The translations under genes were made by a program, and so were the position numbers. Below, in pieces: positions 21,893-33,300 of a DNA stretch of 36,208 nt (position 1 is the first letter of the stretch; each line of letters starts with the position of its first letter). Below the pieces are notes generated by a model, which did no database searches, was not told the origin of the DNA, and worked only from the letters and a program-made list of their open reading frames with translations. This DNA comes from Basidioascus undulatus (lineage: Eukaryota), in NCBI GenBank assembly GCA_000826855.1, contig JTLS01000060.1, positions 1-36,208 of the forward strand, in the 5' to 3' direction.

Positions 21893-24133
21893 ATGGCCCC
21901 TGTTGCAACCGACTCTGTTAACCCCAATCTCATGGTGGAACCTGCTGACGCCAACGAGTCGTACGCGCTGGACATGACTGTCCTTGGAATGAACAGTGGC
22001 ACTGCGATGGACGGTATTGGTGAGCTTCTCCTTTCTATTTGGTAGAAGATCCTTAGGAAGTTCTGATCGCTTCTCTATGGCTTCAGATTGCGCTCTATGC
22101 CGTTTCCGTCAGAAGACTGTCGACGCCCCTCTCGAGCTGGAGATCTTGAAGGTATGTCTTTCGAAGCAGACACTTCGGGCCTCTTACGTAGTGGCTAATT
22201 AATTGATTCGACAGTACGACGAGCTCGAAGTTCCGCAATGGATCAAGAAACCCATGCTTCGCATGCTGCAAGAAACTCGCACGACTCCGTCTGAGATGTC
22301 GCAGCTCAAGTCCGTCTCGCCAGAATCCCCTTGCCTTCATAAGCTATTGAGAATGTCAGAAGCTTACTGGTGCCCTGATGCTCAGTGTGCAACTTGGCTT
22401 CATGTTCTCGGAGGCTACAAAGACGTTCAGCGAGAAGCACAACGTTCCTCTGAAGAGCATCGACCTCATCGGGTTCGTGACCTTTCTACAACTTGTCACC
22501 TCCGAGAGCACAAGAACTAAAGCTTATACTCATACTATGACTTCAGTTCGCACGGCCAGACGATTTGGCTGCTCTCCATGCCTAAGGAGGGTGAGACCCG
22601 CTCGGCCATGTGCCTCGGCGAGGGTACGGTCATGGCTGCGGAGACCGGCATTACGAGTGAGTTTCATTGAGTGATACGTTGGACGCCAACTGCAGGTTGA
22701 TCCAATTTAAATCTGCACAGCTGTGACCGACTTCCGGATGGCGGAGCAGGCAGTCGGACGGCAAGGCGCACCGCTTGTTGGCGTATGTCGCTCTCGTTCA
22801 GCTCGTTTTATAATTCAAATATCTGATCAGATGCCATCTTCTGGTTACCAGTTCTTCGATGGTCTCCTCCTCCACCACCCCACGAAAACGCAGATCTGCC
22901 AGGTACGCGATTCCCTGTCTTGCCATGCAACTTGCGGTCAATGCTGACTTACATTATGCGGAATGCAGAACATCGGTGGCATGTCCGTCTCTATCTCGTT
23001 ACTCCCATCCCAATTTTGAGCCAGTGGCTGACAAGGGTCGTCGCAGTGCCAACGTGTGCTTCATTCCCCCGGACAGCGAGGGCGGCATTGACGCTATGTG
23101 GGATTTCGACATGGGACCTGGTCCGTCTTCCTTTACTTCCGCATTTTTCTCGCTTTCAGACCCCGTACTGAACCGGGCTTGATGCGGATCGCAACAGGCA
23201 ACATCTTCATTGACGCCGCCGTGCGTCACTACACCAACGGCGAGCGGGTGAGTTGAGTTGATACGGGGACCTAGGCCCTCGAACCTTTCACAAATTTTAG
23301 TAAACTGACACCCGCAACACAGGAATACGACCGGGATGGCGAGATGGCTCGGCGCGGCACTGTTTGCCAGGAGGTGGTCGACAACTTGTGCGCAACGTCT
23401 CGTCTTTTATATTCTGCAAGGACGGGACTAACCGGAAAAGCAACTTCACACAGCCTCAAGAACCACCCCTACATTCAGCACAATCCTCCGAAGACGACCG
23501 GCCGCGAGGTCTTCGGCGACACGGACGCTTGGGAGCTCATCAAGCAGTGCGAAGCACGCGGTTGCTCGCCCGACGACACTGTCGCGACCATCACTCGCAT
23601 TACGGCGCAGAACATTGTCGACCACTACAGACGCTACGGTCCCCCCGAGGATCAGATCTCTGACATCTACATGGTGCGCCCGCCCCTCCTTTACCGAGCG
23701 TCTTGCCCAGTCCCAACTTGAACAGTGCTGACCTACAACATCTCTGCAGTGCGGCGGCGGCTCGCTTAACCCGGCCATCACGTCCTACCTCCAGTCTGAG
23801 TTCCCGAACTCCCGCATCTGCTCGCTGGACGAGGTCGGTGTCCCCTCAGCCGCCAAGGAGGCTGTGACCTTCGCGATGCAGGGCATGGAGGCCATGCTCG
23901 GCCGCGCGCTCGTCGTCCCCTGCAACTCTGACACCCTCACGCCCAACACCATCACCGGCAAGATCGCGCCGGGCTTGAACTTCCGCAAGCTCATGGCGCA
24001 GTCCGTGCAGTTCGGCGCGAGCGGGAGCGGCGTGGTGAAGGGCAAGGAGAAGGGCCTGCCGATGGTCCGGGATCTGAAGCTCACGAGCAAGTACTACTGG
24101 CCGGATAGCGTGGCGGAGAAGTATGCGGCTTGA
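21893..24133 (+). CDS. lgk-like: Levoglucosan kinase / anhydro-N-acetylmuramic acid kinase (AnmK, UPF0075) family 1,6-anhydro-sugar kinase; 12 introns
   Basis: Spliced product reads [176 protein letters not shown] and [10 protein letters not shown]. Colinear with Lipomyces levoglucosan kinase as recalled. All introns are GT-AG and the frame is intact. Confidence 0.95.
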
Positions 24134-24955
24134 AGGGACGAACTCTGCACATCCATCTGCACTTTTGGGCGACATTGCTTGAATGCGCAAGACCGGGAAA
24201 TTCTTTGACCGCGGTGCCTTCTTTTCTCATAGAGTGTTTTCACTGCAGTTCGGGCCTGTCTCGCTGCTTCTTTCGTCATGCGTTGCTGAGAGAGGCGAGG
24301 AAAAGGACTATCGTATGGCATCAACTCGCCACGCGACAGGCTTTGCGAAGAACTGCATTGCTGAAACGCAAAGAAGCATCATATGAAACTTCTACAGGTT
24401 TTAACACTAAAAACTGATGTTTTATGGAAGTGGCTTCCCTCATGCCTATCACATCACGGCGATTGAAGGCATAGTCCTGGGTGAAGAGTAAGAACGAAAC
24501 GCTGCAATTTCCCATGGAAACGCGCGCCCTGCTGTCCACTTCCGCAAATTTTCAACAGGATAATCGACATGAACACTTTCAGAATCATGAGAAGGGACAA
24601 ACTACAAGAGAGTGAAATATCTCCGCCGCGGCCGGGTGAAGATTTTTACAATGCATGACTCGCTCTGGTGGAGCAGCAGCGCGGAGCTCCCCCGCTCAAC
24701 TGCTCGCCTTGCTGCCCATCTTGCTCTTCCCCGTACTTGCCCCCGCTCAACAGCTTCATTGAATGTCACTGAGCGCGGAAATATGGCAGTTTCACCCGAA
24801 TATGACCAAAATGACCTCACTTTCCTATCACTAACTGCATGGGTGATTCCGCTCGCTGTAGCGACTCCTCTCAGCCCAACTCACGCTCTCCCTCACTCAC
24901 TTTCCCATCAACCTTCCTCATCGCTGAATCTTTACGCTCAATAACCCTTACCACG

Positions 24956-27582
24956 ATGCCTGAAAAAGCCCAGCCTCACCCTTTCAATACCCGTGCAATC
25001 TCGGCAGACGAGCCTTCGCACGCACACACCATGCGATCAACGTCCTCCGAGCCGCAATGCCATCCGAACGACCGCGCTCAAACTGACCGATCGTTTTCGA
25101 GTGCAGTACGGCGTCCGGGTGCAAGTCCACTCAGCCGTAGCCATCGGCCACCCCCGTCTCAGCAGCAGCAGGGGGCGTCGATTTCACGACAAGATGCGCC
25201 GCAGTTCTCGTATCAATCGCAGCACGGCCAACCACCTCCAATCAGCAGGGGCCGCAGCAATATCCGGCTTCTCGAGGGGGGTCTAGAAGATCTGGGGAGC
25301 TTCGGCGAACGAAGTGAGGCGGGTGCGGGAGCGCAGACGCCTGCCGCCGAACGTCGCTGGATGGACGTACGCGCTCCAGATGCAGCATTCGCCCGAGCTG
25401 AATCGTTCTGGGGGATCTGTGCGTATAACAGTTAGCTTGTGAAGGTCGGGCATGTGTGGAGCTCATCCCTCCGTTCCACCGGTACCAATCTCAGGGCTGA
25501 TACAAGAAACCAATCTGGGGCATTGGAGGAGTCGTACGTCTGTCTCTCGCATTGGCCATTCCATTCCTGAGTTGCAGTCTGCTGACGACTGGGTTCCGCC
25601 TGGGCGCAAGGCGCCTCACTCGACCGTATCCCCGAGCATGGCCCGCACTCGCTCGTCCCGAGCAGCAGCACCAAGGCGCACGACAGCGGGACGACCGTGT
25701 CGGAGGAGCTGGGAGGTCAGGTCGGCGGAAGTCTCCACGACGGCGAGACGTCCGACACGGACATTCCGATTGAGAAACCAGAGTGGAACACCTTGGCTCG
25801 CATTCGCTCGCGATCCCGTGAGCCGCTGGCGGAGTGGCTGGGTACGTGCGGCGTTCGACTCCCCGGTTTGTAGGCACGCTGTTATCTCCAGGCATGACGT
25901 TGCTCGTGATGGTCGGCACCGGGGCAGGCTGCCAGACGACCATCTCGCAAGAGTCGCTTGGTGGGCACAGCAACCTCAACTGGTTAGTCTCTCTATCCCT
26001 TTCCATCCGTTTCCGCCCGGCTCCTTCTGATCCCGTACCGCAGGGCTTGGGGATTGGGCGTGATGAGTGCCATTGTCAGTCATGCGCCCTGCACCGCCTT
26101 CGCGCAGTGCTGATGTTTCGCGCAATTGCAGTACATCGTTGGTGGGATCTCGTGCGTGATTACGACCACCTACTTCTCGTAGTTGGATCCGGACTGACAG
26201 GGAGAAACAATGTGGACATATCGACCCAGCTCTGACGTTCGGACTGGCGCTGTTCCGTGAGTGTCCTTCCGAAAGCCTATAATCTTCACAGCGCTGACCA
26301 GGATCACTGTCAGGCGGCTTTCCCTGGCGAATGGTTTGTTCCGATCATCCTCTTTGTTCGAATGGCGTCCTTTACTTACCAGTCAACGCGTCCGCGCAGG
26401 TCCCGGTATACTGGATCGCGCAAGTCCTAGGCGGCATAACGGGTGCCGCGCTCATTTATGCCAAGTAAGCACGTCCTCTATCTTTACCGACCGACCCCGT
26501 ACTGACAGTGTCATTGGAGCTACTATTGTGTTATCTTGCAATATGATCCAGATCACAAGATTCACGGGACGAACGCGTCGGCTAGCTTGTTCGTTACGTT
26601 GCCGGCGCAGAACGTCGCTACGATGGGGCTGGCGTTCTACCAGTTCGTTCTCAAAAGCTATAGTTTCTGGGCTGACCTGAATTTGTGGGAAAAGGAAAAT
26701 TATTGCTACTGCGGCGCTGGCGGTTATTGTGCTTGCGCTCGGGGGAACCAAGCGATGAGATGAGGAGGTGTATGTACGCTGACGGAAGGTGGTAGGACAG
26801 AACAACAACAACCCTTGTGCTGGGTATGAATTGTAAATTGATTTTAGGGTGACAGTACGCTGATCCACCCGTACTCGTGCTTGGTGCCCTCGTAACCGGG
26901 CTGTTCCTCACAGCAGTCCGTCTTCCCTTCCTTGCATCCCTCTCTATCTTACTCACCACCCCACCCCAAAGTAGATCGACATGAGTCCCGTGTGTCTCCG
27001 GCTGTATTCCCCAGTTGGGTGAGCAGGTTCTGATGAATGTGAGCATGTGAGCAGGGCTGGCTCAGCGGCTACACGATCAACCCCGCGCGGGACCTCGGCC
27101 CGCGGCTGTTCTTGTTAGTGATGGGATATGGGACAGAAGTGCGAAACTTCTTTCCCTTCCTTTTCTCTACCCCGTTAACCCCTTGCACTCACACTCCGAA
27201 TCTGGAGCAGTTGTGGAAGCACGACGAGGTCGGTGTACGTCCTCTCCTCGCGCTGCTGTGACTGTGACGGTTCGCTTACTCGTGCTAGTTCGATGAAGCC
27301 GATATACGGCTGCTTAATCGGCGCCATCCTCGGCTGCTTGGTCTACGACGTAGCGATCTACACGGGCGAGGGGAGGTGCGTCTTCACTCCCTTCCCCATT
27401 CTCGCAAGCGGCTGGGGTTAATCGTTGGTGGTGTGATGGCATCGTTCTCAACTACCCGTCCAACCGGGTCAAAGACACTCTGGGCATAACGCGCGTGCAC
27501 TCGATGGTTCGGGACCGTGATGCGCACGCGCAGGGGACGGGAGGAGGGCGATGTCAGCCAGGCGGAGAAGGGGGAGAAATAG
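24956..27582 (+). pseudogene. Aquaglyceroporin (MIP family, Fps1/GlpF-like), probably degenerate; 3' end approximate
   Basis: Long hydrophilic N-terminus, then REPLAEWLGMTLLVMVGTG, YIVGGIS, GHIDPALTFGLAL, VPVYWIAQVLGGITGAALIY, GYTINPARDLGPRLF and GAILGCLVYD. Lesions: the first NPA reads DPA (26223-26231); the expected acceptor just before it reads AACAA; the conserved TM4 Glu reads Lys; no usable donor or frame at about 26745-26850. Confidence 0.75.
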
Positions 27583-28917
27583 GCGCTTCGGTCATACATA
27601 CCACGTGCGGTATAATCTTCAGTTTCACTGATAAACGATTTCACTGGACATTCAAAATGCTTTGGGACAACGATGGTACGGAAAGCGGGGCGACAGCAGG
27701 GAGAGCTTGCGGGTGGGCTTCGCATCCGTCCTGAGACCGGGTCCAATACAGATTTTAAGGCTGTCTCCCAAAGCCAGCGAAGTAATTTGAGTCTAAGAAA
27801 ACAGCAGTGAAAGGAATCTGAAATGTATTAGTTATCTAGACCAGCCCCCTCAAGCACCCCCCCCCTTCAACCCCCTCCCTCAACAGTGGCGAATCGTCAG
27901 CCAACCTACTATACACGCTCTCTCTTTCATGTGAGAAGATGCCCTCAGTCTCTAGCACGGTAGCGACTGAGGGACACGAAGGAGCGAGGCGCGCGAAGCG
28001 GAAGGGCAAGCAAGCTACGTGTCCAGCCCATGGCAGTCGAGGACGGTCGAAGAGCGAAAGAATCGGAGAGGAAATTCTAGCTGAAGTGCCCGTAAATGTT
28101 CAATTCCCATTTCCTCCAACATTTCAAAACCTCAGGCTCTACCGTCCAAAATCACACAGTTGAGCCCTGAATGGCGTTCCTTACGATCTTCAGGCGCATG
28201 CGGTACACGGTGTGCGCCATGAATGAGCAAGGAATTGTTTTGGGGTCGGACGATGACGTCTTGCATGATGATGTGAGCGGTTCAGGTATCCTTAGGCACT
28301 CCAGGCTTTGAGCTGTGAATGGAGGATAATGGTAAGCGCCATTGATGGGCGGTGCGCAACCGCGGCGTTGCAAGTGAGAATAGACAGTTGCACCGTCCGC
28401 CTCGTTTTCTCACTTTATGCAGGTAGACTGGGATTGCCACTGGGATAGGCTGTTTAATGAATACCTGATAAAGGCCGCAGGACATGTACATGCTGAAGGG
28501 CATTGGAGCAGGCGCCTGGAGCGGGCTTTTCTCTGCGTATACGGTAGGAATTTCGGGTCCGGATACGATATGTTGCTATCAGACCTGTTTTGCTATCTCC
28601 TCTCTTTCTTGGAAAAACAAAGACTACCTGAAAATTTTGGGTTCGACGATGGGGACTGCATGGCCATGCTGCACGCCCGAGAGAGCTGCTCATGGGAAGG
28701 GGCGCAGCCATCCCGCAACTGAGAGCCATCCGAGCTGCAGCACTTGGGCTTCTCTACGCACGCTCGAATAGGAACGATATTCAAAAATCCGAACCCCCGC
28801 CATCCTGATCCCCCTTCTTCGTATCCCCAACAACAGCAGGCGTAGCGCTCTCCACGCCTCCCTCTCCCTCTCCCGTTCCTCTCCCTCTCCTACCCCATTT
28901 CCCCCTTCATCCTCCCC

Positions 28918-29928
28918 TCAATTTTCCCCTGCCTTCCCACCTTCCCTTTCCCTCTCTCTCCCCTTTCCACCACCTCCCTCCTCCTCCCTCCTACGCTTCT
29001 CCAGAGCCCCCACCGTCTTCTCCCTGGCCCTGACCAAGCGCTCCGCCTTCTCAACCGTCAGATCCTCCCCGTACTCGGGCGCTTTCCCCGTCCCCGGCCC
29101 GCGTAGCTCGAGTATGCGGGCATCCAGCGCTTCGAGCGTCTGCCTCAGGGAGGCCAGCTCCTCGTGCGCCTGGAACGCGCGGCAGACGGTTTGCGTCACG
29201 GTCTGTATGTGCGAGAACCGGGCGGGGCCGAGCATTGTTCCTGGGAGGGGTGGGTGTGTTTAATGTTAGGTTAGGATGGAATGTGGAAGGGAGGAGGACG
29301 TACCGCCGTACCAGCGAGAGCAGACTACGACGGCCTCCACGATGCCCCTTCCCTCCTCATACCATCAGCTCCCTGCCTCCCAACAACTCCCTCCTTTCCC
29401 CCGACTCACTCTTCCTCCAGCGTCCTAAGCACCCTATTCCCGCCCCCCTTCTCGCCTGCCTCTCACCTCACCTCAGCATCTTCCCCCCTCTGCTTCCTCC
29501 CTCTCGCTCAGGACGCACCGTCGTCCTCCCATCCGCCCTTGACCTCAAAGTCTTCCGGCCCGCCCAAACCGCTCCTCCCGCGCTTGGGTCCCAGAAAGCG
29601 CCATGCGGCCATCTCGTGCGAGGCAGGGTTGGAACGGTGCAAGCGCTGCTTGACGTGCTCGATTGCTGCTTTGGCCTGTCGCCCGCTTCAATGTGTCACT
29701 GTGTTGGGTAGGTGATGGGAGGAAGGTGGAAAGCACCTCGTTTAGTGTGCGAGCGGGGAAGATCATAGCGCTGAACACGCTGTCCCGGTCTGTGAGCGGC
29801 GGGCTGGTCGCGACTGCGGTTGGGTAGCGGGGCGCGGTGGTCAGGAACGAGTCGAGTGAAGATGAGGCACCCTTTGTGCGCTTGGAAGGGGGATCGGAGG
29901 AGGGTGGTGGGGAGGGGATGCGCTTCAT
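28918..29928 (-). CDS. IMPACT/YigZ (UPF0029) family protein without an RWD domain, with a C-terminal coiled coil; multi-exon
   Basis: ATG 29928 gives MKRIPSPPP...SPPLTDRDSVFSAMIFP. Further motifs: PASHEMAAWRFL, GWEDDG, VEAVVVCSRWYGGTMLGPARFSHIQ. These are IMPACT ancient-domain motifs. TGA ending 28918. Confidence 0.88.
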
Positions 29929-30384
29929 GGTCACTGGGTGAGGGAGGGAAAAGAGGATAAGTAGGAGCAAGCCAGGACGCGTCGAGGTCGCGCCCGAACT
30001 TGCGTTATGTTCCTGGCAACAGATTGTCAAACTATCCACCATACCAACTTGCACCAACGAAACGCAAGGGAGCTCGAAGTCGTCTTAGCAAGTGTATGCG
30101 AGACCTACTAAAGTATACAATCAAGTCCTGGTGGCAAGGAAGCAGAAAGGCACGGTAGAGAGAAGAACGTTCCTCAGGCGAGAAGAGCGAAAGTTCGAAG
30201 AGAGGAGGAAAGTGCGAATAGAGACCAGAAGAGATGAGAGATGAGATGGAGACAGACAGAAAAAACACTATGAGCAAAGAAAGAAAGAAAAGAGTCGAAG
30301 CTGCGTTGCGACATGCGAGGGTGCGAGGGATGATGATGGACCGTGGGGGGACGAAGCAAGTGCGGTGGGCAAGCGTGGGGTTGC

Positions 30385-33300
30385 TCAGACGTAGAACCTG
30401 CGTAGTCCAACTGCCCGTTAGCCACCCGGTGACCCGAGAGAATGGGCATAAGAAGACGAAGGGCAGCGACGCACTTCTTGTACAGCTGGAAGAGCAGAAT
30501 GTTGAGGTTGACCTTTGCCGCGCCCTCGCAGAGCGAAATGACGCTCTTGTTCTCAAACTGGAACTGGAGGATATCCTCGAGCCGGAGGTCCTCGGCCTTG
30601 ACCACGCCGGGCACGCCCGCGTGCGTGATCTCGACCGTGAACACGCCCACTTCGTCGGAGGAGAACGTGAGGTAGATGTTGGCGAATTGCCGCGGCGACG
30701 TCTGGTCGATCGAGAGGAGCAGCCCGCGGTCATACAGGCTGCGAGGGGCGTGCGTCACGGGGACTGGACTGACTTGATGGGGTAGGGTAGAGCAGCGGGA
30801 TGGGGACAGGGACTCACTCTTGCGCCGAGTACTTGTACGAGCCGAACTTGGGCGTCTTGCGCCCTGACTGCTTGATGTCGCGGAGGTGGACCCACTGCCG
30901 CGAGAACGGCATGACGAAGCGCTTCTTCCTGTCAAGCGAGAGCCAAATACGTCAGTATCCGCCATCGGAACGCTTCGAGCGAGCACCAGGCGAACGAACC
31001 CCTTCTTCTGCATCGTCCTGCACCGGCAAGTGAGTCAGCAATGCGCCCCGCACAACCGCACCTCAGCGCTGCAAAACGTACTTCATCGACTGCTCGATAT
31101 AGTCGTGGAACGCTTTGTGCTGCATGTCGAGGTACTCCTTCTTCTCCGCGAGGACCTTGAGCGTCGTCTCCATGCTGCGGAGCTCCTTCTGGCGCTGGAG
31201 GCGCTTCCGGTTCCGGCTGCGCACGTCGAGCGCGATCGCGTTCAGGATGCCCTGGTAGTGGTCGTGCCGCGAGAGCTCGCCCTGCGCCTCGAGCTGCATG
31301 CAGCACTCGATCGCCCGCGCCTTGACCTCGCGGTACCGCAGCCTGTTCAACCCCGTCCCGTACGCATCAGCATACAGAGCCATGATGAAGAGCAGTATGG
31401 CTGTCACGCACTGTCGGATGTCGTCGAGCTTGTACCCCGAGCCGAGGAACGGCGTGGGCGGGAGCCGGCTGCTGCGCTTGCGCGTGCGCTCAAGCATCGC
31501 CTCCTTGCGCACAAAGTCCGCCCAGATATACTCGTGCTCCTCCGTGACGGGAGCTATGAAGGACGCGGTGAGGTTCTTCTCCGGCTGGACGCGAAGGACC
31601 GCGAGAACGTGGCGCTTGGCCTGGACCCAGAGTGACTTGCGCGCCGCGTCGGGATCTGCAAATAAAGGCAGCGAACAGCCGTCAGCTCATGAGCTTAAGC
31701 GGAGATTTTCTGTTCAACGCACCCTCGACCTGTGCCGATCGGTTCGCCAGCGTGAGCGAGATCGCGCGCCGACGCGCTTCGTCGAGCTCGCCTGACGCAG
31801 GGAGGGGCGCGCCCCCGAGCTCACCGAGGATGACGCGGAGCGGGTCCTCGGCGTCGGGCGCGAGCGCGTCGAGGTGCTGGTTGAGGAGGGAGTGCATGTC
31901 GTAGATCTCTTGGGGCGAAATGTGGATGGACGGCTTGTGCTGCAGGTTGTGGTCGAGGAACTCGTCCGCGTTGAACTGGCTCTCCGCGTCCGCTACGTCG
32001 GCGACTGCGACATCAAGCCGTCCGTTAGTCTCTCGGTCTGCCCGCATGCCATACAGTGCGATGGCGGGAAACCATGCACCTTCGGTGAACCACCGAGCAA
32101 ACTTCGGCGCCGCGTCCGAGATGTACTCGTTGAGAGGGACGAGGTACGGGTTCTCGTCCCCGAAGAGGGTGCCGATCGCGAGCTGGGTGAGCATCTTTGA
32201 GATCTCGGCGAGGTTCTTGCGCGGGCGGTTGCCCATCACGGTGGGGATGACCGCGAACGTCTCGGGCGTGCTGTGGGGGCGGAGCAGCAACAGGTCAGGT
32301 CAGTACGCCGCCCTGCTGGGTCACACGAGCGAGGTGAGTGGACGCACACGATGGCCGGGTTCAGGTACCGGTAGTAGATGAGCTGGCCGATAGCGCGCGT
32401 GCACGCCGCCTCGCTCTCGTCCTTGAACTTGATCTATCCCCAGCCCATTTTGTCAGCCATCCCACCCCGCGTCGAAGTCCACATCAGAATCAACGCACCC
32501 GCAGCGCCAGGTAAAGCTCGCGTGCGATGTACCGGATACCAAATGGCATGCGCTTCGTCGACGCCTGGATGTCCTCGCGGAAGCTCTCGGTTGCCTGCCG
32601 CAGCTGCTGGAGATCTGTATCCCATCCCATCCATTAGCAGCCGCGCTCTATTGAGAGAAAAGATCCAACGCACGCTGGATAAACACGACGCGCGTCTCCG
32701 AGTCCGCGATGGCCTCGTCATAGGTCACGTCCTTGGGCTTGCGGCTCGGCACGCCCGTCTGGACCTCCTCGTCGTTGATCATCTTCTTCCAGATCTGTCC
32801 TCGCACGATCCCACACCCAATATCAGCTCATCCATATCCCCAAGTGAAGAAAGGGGCAAGAAGAGACGCACAACGACCGGGTCCGACTCGAGGTCGAGCT
32901 GCTGCGCGTCCATGCCGATGATCTCCTCGATGCGCGGGCCGAGCACCTGGACGAGGTACGTGCGCTTCTCGGGCCCGCGGAGGTACTGCATGAGGATTTT
33001 GACCCAGACGAAGTTGCCGCGGACGATGTCCGATAGCGAGCGCGCGGCGGCGATCTCCTCGTGCATCGCGCGCTGCCCACACCAACGACCTCATCAGCAT
33101 CATCACACTCCACCAGACGGAGAAGTGGAAGAAAAGGGATAGGGGACAGAAAGAGGGAGAACGACTCACCTGAAGAAGCTTGAGGAAGTGGTACTCCTCG
33201 CGTGCGGACTGGGTGTACCCGAACAGGGACATGACGACGCCCTCGACGAGCTTGCGGTGGCGGTCGCTGAGCTCGATCCTGCTCATGCGGAAGAACAAGC

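Noticed and set aside
21893..24133. Bacterial anmK contamination or recent bacterial transfer
   Set aside because: It has twelve spliceosomal introns and fungal LGK-type motifs.
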